From the NCBI GenBank assembly GCA_044346795.1, contig JBIIYN010000001.1, positions 1-38,895 of the forward strand: 38,895 nucleotides of DNA, given 5' to 3'. Below are positions 6,475 to 14,333 of the stretch, piece after piece. The notes below the pieces were generated by a model. The model had not been told where the DNA came from. It saw only the letters and a program-made list of their open reading frames with translations, and ran no database searches. The position numbers and the translations under genes are program-made. Position 1 is the first letter of the stretch, and each line of letters opens with the position of its first letter. The stretch is from Pirellulales bacterium (GTDB taxonomy: Bacteria > Planctomycetota > Planctomycetia > Pirellulales > UBA1268).

Positions 6475-9398
6475 GGCTTGGCAGGCTCCTGCGGCTTGGG
6501 GGCGACCACGAGCGAGATCTTCTGCTCGAACGCGACTTCCCGGTCGAAGAACGAAACCTTTCCCTTGAACGCGAGCGTGTGCGTGCCCGGCGGCGTGCCC
6601 GGCGTGGTCGTGACCTTGAGCGCCGCCTTGGCCGCCTCGGGCGGCACGGTGGCCGGCGCGATCGTGAGCCCCGCCACGGGCGTCGGGCTCGCGGCCTCCA
6701 GAAACACCGGCCCCGCGAAGCCGTACTTCCGCTCGAGATCGACCCCGATGTCGACCGACCCGCCGGCCTCCACCTTCAGGCCGGCCGGATCGGTCTTGAG
6801 TTCGACGGGCGACTCGTCGACGACCAGCGTGATCGGCGGCATCAGCACCGGCACGTCGATGTCCTTGGGGGCGCTGGCCGTGGCGGTGTCGGCGGCGGTT
6901 TTTTCCCGTCTGACCCGCTCCTCCTCGGCGGCCTTGAAGGCCCCCTCCGCTGCCGCGAGGGCGTTCCTGGCGACATCCCGCGCGGCCACCATTTCGGCGG
7001 CGGGCTCGCCGCCGCCGGCCTGCACGTCCGCCAGCTGCTTTTCCGCGGCGGCGAGGGCCTGCTTCGCGGCCTCCACCTTCGCGGCCCGTTCCTTGGCCAG
7101 CACCGCAACCCGTTCCGCATCGGCCTTCGCCCGGGCGGCCGCATCAGGATTGCGGGCGAACGACAGCTTGGCCACGCCCCGCAGGGCCACCGTGTAGGTG
7201 CCGGGCGGGAGCTTGGGGTCGATATCGACGGCGACCTCACCCGAGGAGGCCTGCGGCGGCATCGGCTGGCCGGCCGGCTGCCCCTCCGGCGGTTTCACCT
7301 CGGCGATCTTCACCTCGGGCACCTTCAGTTCCGCCGGCAGCTTCATCTCCGGCGGGTAGGCCACCGCCGCGAGCGAGAGCGGCCCCTTGCAGCCCGCCCG
7401 ATGGACGACATCGATCGGGATCGCGAGCTTCCCACCCCGCGCCGTCTCCCAGGCCTTCGATTCCTTGGGCCGCACCGTCACCGGAGCGGAGTCGGCGGTG
7501 ACGGCCACCCGGAGCGAGTCGGTCTGTCGCACCAGGTGCGGCTGCCGCTGCTGGTTGTCGACATTCCAGCGAAGGGTCGCGGCCCGGGCGGTGCGGGTGA
7601 TGTCCGCCTCGCCATTCCTGGACCGGCCAACGAGCCGGAAGGTCTTCTCCACCGGCTTGGCGTCGTCGGCGGCCTGCAGCACGACCACGCCTCGCCGCGC
7701 CTTGCCCGCGATCACGACCGGCGCCGCCGTCACGCCGGCGGGCAGATCCTCGGCCGTCACGGTAATGTCCCCCGCGAAGCCGTCCTGCCGCAGCACGAGC
7801 AGGTCGATCGCGACCGCGCCGCCCACGGCCAGGGAGGTGGATCCGATCAGCATTTTGTTGGCGTCGGCCCGGTCGGGGCTGACGACCATCGCGAGCAGGT
7901 CGAAGCCGGGCCGCGGCTCGCGGATCTCGAGCACGTAGCCCGCCGCGCGGTCGGCGACGGAGTCGACCGACTGCTCCCAGACTCCCACCCGGTAGCGGCC
8001 TTCGACCGGAGCCTTGAAGCGGAGAATCGGATCGAGCGTCGGTTGATCGACCGTGAGGCCCTGGAACTCCTTTGGCCCGTCGTCGGCGAATGCCAGCTCC
8101 TTCACCTGCGGGTTCCCCTCGGCATGGACGGCCACGCTCTCGACGAGGATCGCGGCATCGGTGGCGAAGCCGAGCCTGCGCGAGAACAACTCCAACACCA
8201 TCTCCTCTCCCGCCTTGGCGTCGAAGGAAAACCAGTCGCGGTCCCCCAGCGGAAAAAACCGGCCGGCGACGGCGGCCGGCCGCGGCACCGCCTGAGGCGT
8301 CGCCGGGTCGTCGTTGGGCTCCTGCTCCTGCACGACGGGCAGATCGACCTCCAGCACGGCGGGCTGCCGCGTCGCCGCGTCGAAGACGCCGCCCCGCAGG
8401 AACACCAAGTCGGCCGTGCTGTCCCAGGGGGAGAGCAGCCGCCAGGCGGGCCGTACGGGCGAGCCGAAGGCGATGTCGCCGGGGCTCACCTGCACCGGTT
8501 TCTGCTCGAGGTCGCCGTCGCCGTCGGGCATCGGCTGTGCACCCTGGCCGAGGCCGCGGCCGGTGACCGTGAAGGTGGCCGACTCGCCGGTCTTCGCCGC
8601 CGGCGGAAAGATTGCCACCACGACCGGGCCGGTCGACACCCCGAGCCTGTAGAAGAAGCCGTCGCCGCCGCCGGCAAACCGGTCGTGCACACGGATCAGA
8701 TACCGGCCGGAACGGGCGGCCGTGAAGTCGATCGCGGGATCTTCGGCGATGCTGTCGGCCGCGACCTCCACCTTCCGATGCTCCGCGTCGAACACGGTGA
8801 TCTCCGGCGTCATCCGCGAGTCGATCCGGCGGGCCCACATCTCGGCGTGGACCCTCTGCCCGGCGTGGCACTCGATGGCGTAATGATCGGCCGTGTTCGC
8901 ATCGACGCGGGCGTTCACCGAGGCCTCGAGCGGAATGGCCAGCGGCTTCTCGGCCGAGTCGATCGGGCCCGACTTGCGGAATTCAGGTGCCAGCCCCACC
9001 ACAAAGCCCCGCGGGCTGCTCACACCGTAGCGGCAGACGACCGTCGCGTCGTAGAGGCCCGCCGGCACGTCTGCCGCGATCGTGACGGCCATGCGTCCGG
9101 GCATGGACCTCGGCTCCGGATCAAATTCCGTGGGTGGCGTCATCACCGGCTTCGCGGTGATGCCGGGGTGGGAGAAGGTCAGGGCGGTCGCCTCGTCGAG
9201 ATCGCTCCCCGCGAGGGTCACCTCGATGGTCGTGCCCCGCAATCCGCCGGGCGGATCGATCGCAGTGAGCCGCGGCTCCGGAAACTCCGCCCGGGCGAGA
9301 CCCGAGCCCACGAACGACAGCGCGACGAGCCCCACGCCAAACAGGCGAGCGGCAAGCAGCCGGGCGGAGCGGGCCGCGAGGATTCGAATCCCGGCCAT
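6471..9398 (-). CDS. Large secreted protein with Ig/IPT-like and two pre-peptidase-C-terminal-like (PPC) blocks plus Ala-rich coiled coil, 975 aa (arm A, gene 2)
   Basis: The ORF track begins at a TTG (9416). I prefer ATG 9396-9398 (MAGIRIL..), 8 nt after AAGGAGG. Signal peptide present. PPC-like blocks are ADHYAIECHAGQRVHAEMW...YLIRVHD and EQEPNDDPATPQ..GDRDWFSFDAKAGEEMVLEL...YRVGVWEQ. The coiled coil lies at 6861-7151. The domain calls are less certain than the CDS call. Confidence 0.85.
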   Translation of the reverse strand: MAGIRILAARSARLLAARLFGVGLVALSFVGSGLARAEFPEPRLTAIDPPGGLRGTTIEVTLAGSDLDEATALTFSHPGITAKPVMTPPTEFDPEPRSMPGRMAVTIAADVPAGLYDATVVCRYGVSSPRGFVVGLAPEFRKSGPIDSAEKPLAIPLEASVNARVDANTADHYAIECHAGQRVHAEMWARRIDSRMTPEITVFDAEHRKVEVAADSIAEDPAIDFTAARSGRYLIRVHDRFAGGGDGFFYRLGVSTGPVVVAIFPPAAKTGESATFTVTGRGLGQGAQPMPDGDGDLEQKPVQVSPGDIAFGSPVRPAWRLLSPWDSTADLVFLRGGVFDAATRQPAVLEVDLPVVQEQEPNDDPATPQAVPRPAAVAGRFFPLGDRDWFSFDAKAGEEMVLELFSRRLGFATDAAILVESVAVHAEGNPQVKELAFADDGPKEFQGLTVDQPTLDPILRFKAPVEGRYRVGVWEQSVDSVADRAAGYVLEIREPRPGFDLLAMVVSPDRADANKMLIGSTSLAVGGAVAIDLLVLRQDGFAGDITVTAEDLPAGVTAAPVVIAGKARRGVVVLQAADDAKPVEKTFRLVGRSRNGEADITRTARAATLRWNVDNQQRQPHLVRQTDSLRVAVTADSAPVTVRPKESKAWETARGGKLAIPIDVVHRAGCKGPLSLAAVAYPPEMKLPAELKVPEVKIAEVKPPEGQPAGQPMPPQASSGEVAVDIDPKLPPGTYTVALRGVAKLSFARNPDAAARAKADAERVAVLAKERAAKVEAAKQALAAAEKQLADVQAGGGEPAAEMVAARDVARNALAAAEGAFKAAEEERVRREKTAADTATASAPKDIDVPVLMPPITLVVDESPVELKTDPAGLKVEAGGSVDIGVDLERKYGFAGPVFLEAASPTPVAGLTIAPATVPPEAAKAALKVTTTPGTPPGTHTLAFKGKVSFFDREVAFEQKISLVVAPKPQEPAKP
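6861..7151 (-). other. ~97-aa Ala-rich coiled-coil-like insert in the PPC/Ig protein (arm A)
   Basis: Encodes NPDAAARAKADAERVAVLAKERAAKVEAAKQALAAAEKQLADVQ...AFKAAEEERVRREKTAADT, lying between Ig-like domains. Confidence 0.65.
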
Positions 9399-9412
9399 GA
9401 ATCGGTCCTCCT

Positions 9413-11995
9413 TCAATGGTTGAAGAGGAATTCCTTGGTATTGAAGAGCGACCAGACGACGTCCTCCCAGGCCTCCTTGGCCTTGTCGGCCCGGGCCGCG
9501 ACGTAGCGCTCGATCTGAGACACCTCTTCGGGCCGGGCCGGACGCGAGACCGCCACCCGGTAGAGCTCGTCGATCTTTTCCCCGGTCGGACGGGACGCAT
9601 CGCGGGCCAAGGCCGTTACACGACCGCCGCCGAGCTTGCCGAGAATGTCAGCCGAATTGATCAGGTGCAGGCTTTGCGCGAGGTTGGCCTCCGAGCCCCG
9701 CTCGCACTCGCAGGCGCTGTCGCCGTTGGGCCGGCCGAACACCGCCAGGAAATAGTTGTTGAAACCGGTGTCGGGCAATTCCACCGCGCGTGTGCCGGGC
9801 AGCACGCCGCCGAAGCCCGTGCGGCTGCCCGTCAGGCCGTCAATCGCGTCGAGGGCCACCTCCGCCGGCAGCCTCCGTGCGAAGAACCGCGAGAAGCTCT
9901 GCCGATCCTCGGCATTGAACTCGTTGGGCTCGGCCGAGAGCTGGTAGGTGGTCGAGCGGCAGATCATGCGGATCAGACCCTTCAGGTCGTGGCCGCTCTC
10001 CACGAACGCCGTCGCCAGCGCGTCGAGCAGCGCCGGGTTGGTCGCGGGGTTGGTCAGCCGCATGTCGTCCTCCGGCTCGACCAGGCCGATCGAGAAGAAG
10101 TGCTTCCAGTAGCGGTTCACCAGCGACCGGGCGAAGAAGGGATTCTCGGGGGCCACCAGCCAGTCGGCCAGAAGCCGCCGGGGGTCGGTGTCGATCGGCA
10201 CGTCCATCGGCTGCGAGCCGAGCACGGCGGGCTTGTGCGCACCCTTCGGCCCGGTTGCCTGCGGAGTGCCCCGGTTGTGGAAGATCCGGTCCTCCCCCGG
10301 CTGCATCCCCTTCTTGCGGCCCACCCGCGAGAAGAAGGCGGCCAGTTGGAAGTAATCCTCCGTGCTCCACTTCTCGAAGGGATGGTGGTGGCACCGGGCG
10401 CACTGCAGCCGCAACCCCATGAACAGCTGCGAGGCGTCCTCGACCTGCTGGTTGACGTCGGCCACCTGCCGGTACCAGATCACCGCCGGGTTGCGGTCGA
10501 CCTCGCCGGTCGCAGTGAGGATCTCCCGCACGAATTCGTCGTAGGGCCTGTTCTCGGCGAGGCGATCGCGGATCCATTCGTGGAAGGCGTAGGTGCCGTT
10601 GCGGTGGAGCTGGTCGTCGGTCCGCTTGTTGCGGAGGATGGCCGACCACTTCAGGGCGAAGGTGGCGGCGTAATCGGGGGAGTCGAGCAGGCGGTCGACG
10701 AGGGCATCCCGCTTCTGCGGGCTCGAGTCGGCAAGAAACGAGTTCGTCTCCTCCAGCGTGGGGAGCCGTCCGGCGATGTCGATCGTGGCCCGCCGCAGGA
10801 AGGTCGAGTCGTCGCAGAGCGGCGAGGGCGGCAGCCGCAGTTTCACCAGGTGCGCGAGCACGTGCTCGTCGAGGACATTGCGGACGAACTGCTCCCGCTT
10901 CGGCATCCGATCGAGCGGTGTCTCGAGCGGGAGCGTGCCGCGGAACACGGCCACCTGGCTCTGGTAACGGACCATCACCGCCACGCTGCCGCAGCGGGCC
11001 GGGCCCTCCCCCTTCTCCGCGGTGGAGACGAGCCCCGCCACGTCGACGGTGGCCAGATCGGGCGCGCTCGCCTCGAAGTGCGCGAGCCGGGTGACATCCT
11101 CGATCCGCCCGTCGTCGTAGTGGGCGATCACCCGCAGCTGCTGCCTCCGGCCGGCGGCGAGCATCCGCTCGGTCGGAAAGACGTCGATGTGCGACACCTT
11201 CGGCGGGTTGGGGCCGCTGGGATTGGCACCCTCGGCGATCCAGCGAACGAGCAGGTCGTGCGAAGGGGAGCCGGGCTCGATCAGCCTTCCGCCGCCGTGG
11301 GGCACCGCCGCCGCAGCCTTGGCCAGGAGCAGGCTCGTCTCAGGCGCGACGAGGCTGAGACGGCGGCCACGAGCCTCCTTCACGAGGTGCGCGTGGTCCT
11401 CCCGCGGCTCGAAGCCCAGGAGCGAGAGGCGAAAGCCGTTCTGCCCGCCGCTCTTGCCGTGGCAACCGCCGCCGTTGCAGCCGTATTTCGTGAAGACCGG
11501 CACCACCTGGCTGACGAAATCGATGGGAGGGTCGTTGCCGAACCGTTCCACGACCAGCGGCACCCGGACCTCGGCCTCCCCGGGCACGCTCGCGACGACC
11601 GAGCCCGTGCCGTCGGCCAGCGGCACGACCAGCCCGCCCGGCTGGACCGTCGCGAGCGTGGCCGGCTCGACCCGCCAGGCCGTGGTGCCGGTCACGTCGA
11701 GGGCCGTCTCGGGGCCGGCGGGGGTCGCGGTAACGATCAGCTGCCGCCGGTCGCGGCTGCCCACGAGCCGCAGGGGACCGGGAGTCGTCTCGCCCGTGGA
11801 AACGTCGATCGAGGCGGCCGCGACAGGGCCGGCAACCGCAGCCACCAGCAGGGCGACCAGTACGGCGAGAACGGGCAGCCTGCGGCCCGTCAGGCCGTGC
11901 CCTCCGCCGGCAGAGCACCGGCAAACCCGGGGAAAATGACCCGAGAGAGGACGGAGTGCCGACGGGGCGGGAGCGATCCGGGAAGCGACGTGCAT
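9413..11995 (-). CDS. BIG2-like + DUF1549 (PSCyt2) + DUF1553 (PSD1) protein, 860 aa (arm A, gene 1)
   Basis: In frame with ORF 9413..12061. ATG 11993-11995 lies 7 nt after GGAGGA, and this start is somewhat uncertain. Motifs are GCNGGGCHGKSGGQNGFRLSLLGF, LRLQCARCHHHPFEKW, FFARSLVNRYWKHFFSIGLVEPEDDMRLTNPATNPALLDALA, STTYQLS and C-terminal KEFLFNH. Confidence 0.9.
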   Translation of the reverse strand: MHVASRIAPAPSALRPLSGHFPRVCRCSAGGGHGLTGRRLPVLAVLVALLVAAVAGPVAAASIDVSTGETTPGPLRLVGSRDRRQLIVTATPAGPETALDVTGTTAWRVEPATLATVQPGGLVVPLADGTGSVVASVPGEAEVRVPLVVERFGNDPPIDFVSQVVPVFTKYGCNGGGCHGKSGGQNGFRLSLLGFEPREDHAHLVKEARGRRLSLVAPETSLLLAKAAAAVPHGGGRLIEPGSPSHDLLVRWIAEGANPSGPNPPKVSHIDVFPTERMLAAGRRQQLRVIAHYDDGRIEDVTRLAHFEASAPDLATVDVAGLVSTAEKGEGPARCGSVAVMVRYQSQVAVFRGTLPLETPLDRMPKREQFVRNVLDEHVLAHLVKLRLPPSPLCDDSTFLRRATIDIAGRLPTLEETNSFLADSSPQKRDALVDRLLDSPDYAATFALKWSAILRNKRTDDQLHRNGTYAFHEWIRDRLAENRPYDEFVREILTATGEVDRNPAVIWYRQVADVNQQVEDASQLFMGLRLQCARCHHHPFEKWSTEDYFQLAAFFSRVGRKKGMQPGEDRIFHNRGTPQATGPKGAHKPAVLGSQPMDVPIDTDPRRLLADWLVAPENPFFARSLVNRYWKHFFSIGLVEPEDDMRLTNPATNPALLDALATAFVESGHDLKGLIRMICRSTTYQLSAEPNEFNAEDRQSFSRFFARRLPAEVALDAIDGLTGSRTGFGGVLPGTRAVELPDTGFNNYFLAVFGRPNGDSACECERGSEANLAQSLHLINSADILGKLGGGRVTALARDASRPTGEKIDELYRVAVSRPARPEEVSQIERYVAARADKAKEAWEDVVWSLFNTKEFLFNH

Positions 11996-12420
11996 TGGAA
12001 TCCTCCGTGTCACGAGGGTCTCCGTACCGGTGCAAACAGGATTCTTATAGTGTGACCTCAAACCGCTGGCCGCGAAACCCTTCGGCGGCTGATTCCCGGC
12101 CCCGTACCCCTCAACATTGTGGAAAAAGTGTCGTTTTTGCCTGCTGAATGATACTTGTTGCGATCGGAAGCCCCCCCGGGATCACCCCTGTTCGCCGTCC
12201 CGGGGATCACCTTCCTGGAGGGCGACTTCGGGCGTGCGGGAATATGGAGATGACTCCCTCTGGTTCGCTCCACTCAGATCCCTCTTTGGAAGCGGTGCTG
12301 TTGAAGGGGGGGTAGGTCAAGAACGCGGGCATGAAGCCGAAGCAGGACAAAAAGGCGCCCGCCGCCAAGAAGTAGGCAGATGGGTCGGGTTTCGTGCGCC
12401 GCGTTTCAACCGGGAATTCG

Positions 12421-12449
12421 TTGCGAGGGGCCATCGACCGGTCTATACT
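12421..12449 (+). promoter_or_regulatory. Candidate sigma70-like promoter TTGCGA-N17-TATACT, 8 nt upstream of the NPP start codon (possible leaderless mRNA)
   Basis: TTGCGA at 12421-12426, a 17-nt spacer, and TATACT at 12444-12449. ATG at 12458 has no Shine-Dalgarno-like purine run in between (cccgcagc). Pattern match only. Confidence 0.35.
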
Positions 12450-12457
12450 CCCGCAGC

Positions 12458-14080
12458 ATGCCCCCCCTCACGGATCGCGTGACACAGCGGCTCGAGTCGA
12501 GTGAGCGTTACCGCCAGCTGGTCATCGGCTTGGATGCGATGGAGTGGGCCCTCGTGGAGCAGTGGATGGGGCAGGGAAAGATGCCCACCTTCCAGCGGCT
12601 GATGCAGCAGGGGGTGCGAGCATCGCTGCGGAGCGTGTCGGAGCAATTGCCCGACACCGTGTGGCCGGCGGTGTTCACGGGCGCGAACCCCGCGAAGTTC
12701 GAGAAGTATTTCTATGTTCAATACGATCCCGCGACGGCGGGCCTGAAGCATGTTTCAGACGACGTGATTCAGACTCGGCCCTTCTGGGAGTACTTGAGCG
12801 ACGCGGGCGTGCCGGTGGGGGTGGTGGATGTTCCACATTTCAAGGCGAGCCGGCAGCTGAGGGGTTTTCAGGTCTCCAACTGGGGCTCTCATGCGACCAA
12901 AACGTCGCGGGTATCGACGCCGCCCGAGTTGCTCACGGAGATCGACCGTCGCTTCGGCAAGCATCCGGTGGGCGACTGCGACGCGACGGACTGCCAGCCC
13001 AAAGCACTGGCCGGTCTCAAGCGGCGGGTGCTCGATGGCGTCCGGAAACATGGCGAGCTCTTTCGCTGGGTGATGCGCACCCGGGAGTGGGAGACTCTGG
13101 TGGTCGCATTCAGCGCGCCGCACTGCATCGGACACCACTTCTGGCATTGGCTGGATCCGCAACACCCCCGGCATGGCGAGAAGGACGATTACGATTTGGC
13201 CGACGCCATCGAGCAAGTCTACCGCGCGATCGACCGCGAACTGGGACAGATGCTCGAAATGGTCGACTCGCGGACACGGCTGATGGTCGTGGCGGCTCAT
13301 GGAATGGGGCCGATCTACCATGCGTCGTGGAATCTGCCCGAGATCCTGCAGTTGCTGGGCCATGGTCGCACTCCGCACGAGTCCCGGACGGGCAGCGGTG
13401 CCCGCTCGGCGAAATCGGAGCCCAAGCGGACGGCGAAGGTCAATCCCTGGCGCGTGCTGAAGATGATGTTGCCGGGCAGGCTTCAGTATGCCATCAAGGC
13501 AATGCTGCCGAAGTGGGCGGCGGATGAGCTTCTGTTTCGGTGGTATGCGGGCGACCGGAATTGGAAAGGGCTGCGCGCCTTCGCCATCCCGAACAACGAC
13601 ACGGTGGGCGCCATTCGCATCAGCGTGCGGGGCCGGGATCACGACGGGCTGGTCGAGCCTGGAGAACCCTATCGTGCTCTCTGTCGGGAAATCAGCGACC
13701 GGCTCATGGAACTGACCGACCCGGTGACAGGCAAGCACGTGGTCAAGAAAGTGACGCTGTTGCACGAGGAGTTCCAGGGCCCGTTCGTGGATGGGCTGCC
13801 TGACCTGACGGTGCTGTGGGAGACGAGCTTTCCCTGGTCGCAGCTGCATTCGCCGGTCTTCGGTACGTTGGACATCCGTCGACAGGACGGCCGAACCGGC
13901 AGTCACTCCGACCATGGCTTTGCGCTGATGTACGGTCCAGAGGTGCCGCACGGCCAGGTGTTGGACGAATGCACCTTGTACGACGTGGCCCCCACGATCT
14001 TGGCGAACGCGGGCGTTCCCACGCCGGGCCACATGGACGGCCAATCGCTCACTGCCCGCTGGCTGAAAAACGGTGAATGA
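12458..14080 (+). CDS. Type I phosphodiesterase / nucleotide pyrophosphatase (NPP, alkaline-phosphatase superfamily) family protein, 540 aa, no signal peptide
   Basis: In frame with ORF 12380..14080. Start chosen at MPPLTDRV (ATG 12458), about 19 aa before the LVIGLDAMEW first beta-strand/metal-Asp motif. Other blocks are LPDTVWPAVFTGANP, VVAAHGMGP and GSHSDHGFALMYGP. An alternative start is ATG 12380. Confidence 0.8.
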   Translation: MPPLTDRVTQRLESSERYRQLVIGLDAMEWALVEQWMGQGKMPTFQRLMQQGVRASLRSVSEQLPDTVWPAVFTGANPAKFEKYFYVQYDPATAGLKHVSDDVIQTRPFWEYLSDAGVPVGVVDVPHFKASRQLRGFQVSNWGSHATKTSRVSTPPELLTEIDRRFGKHPVGDCDATDCQPKALAGLKRRVLDGVRKHGELFRWVMRTREWETLVVAFSAPHCIGHHFWHWLDPQHPRHGEKDDYDLADAIEQVYRAIDRELGQMLEMVDSRTRLMVVAAHGMGPIYHASWNLPEILQLLGHGRTPHESRTGSGARSAKSEPKRTAKVNPWRVLKMMLPGRLQYAIKAMLPKWAADELLFRWYAGDRNWKGLRAFAIPNNDTVGAIRISVRGRDHDGLVEPGEPYRALCREISDRLMELTDPVTGKHVVKKVTLLHEEFQGPFVDGLPDLTVLWETSFPWSQLHSPVFGTLDIRRQDGRTGSHSDHGFALMYGPEVPHGQVLDECTLYDVAPTILANAGVPTPGHMDGQSLTARWLKNGE

Positions 14081-14333
14081 CGCCACCATCGCCCGCCATG
14101 CCTGGTACGACAAAACCTGGCATTCCCTGGCCACGCCCCCAAACCTGCCCGCCGGTTGATTTTCGCTCCGTAACCGCCCACGCTAAAATCGACATAGTCT
14201 TTCGCGGGGCCTGTCGACCAAACCCTGGCGGCTGGACAGCACAGCGCGGTCGTCAGCTTCCTGAGCGGATTCAAAGCCACAAACCGTCCGACCCGCCTGC
14301 CCCCCTGTTCGTGCTACGCCTCGGAGACTTCCG

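Larger units (their letters stand above)
3376..11995 (-). repeat. Arm A of a diverged inverted segmental duplication (three-gene cassette)
   Basis: Gene-for-gene colinear with 14334-22927 on the opposite strand. In the protein blocks I compared by eye, roughly 65-80% of residues are identical (not computed). Short stretches are identical at DNA level, e.g. AACTGCACCGCCTGCCACAAC in both WD40 genes. Confidence 0.85.

Noticed and set aside
9399-9416. The TTG start at 9416 given by the ORF track for the arm A Ig/PPC gene.
   Set aside because: It would overlap the upstream stop and has no ribosome-binding site. The ATG six codons downstream sits 8 nt after AAGGAGG, which the TTG-initiated reading would have to translate (KED).
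12331-12375. A tiny lysine-rich ORF (MKPKQDKKAPAAKK) in the divergent spacer, considered as a possible leader peptide or small basic protein.
   Set aside because: It has only 14 codons, no well-placed Shine-Dalgarno sequence, and no way to test conservation from this window. It is not supportable as a feature.
14166-14199. TTGATT ... TAAAAT upstream of arm B, considered as a promoter.
   Set aside because: The spacer is 22 nt, outside the sigma70 range, and alternative -35 choices are poor.
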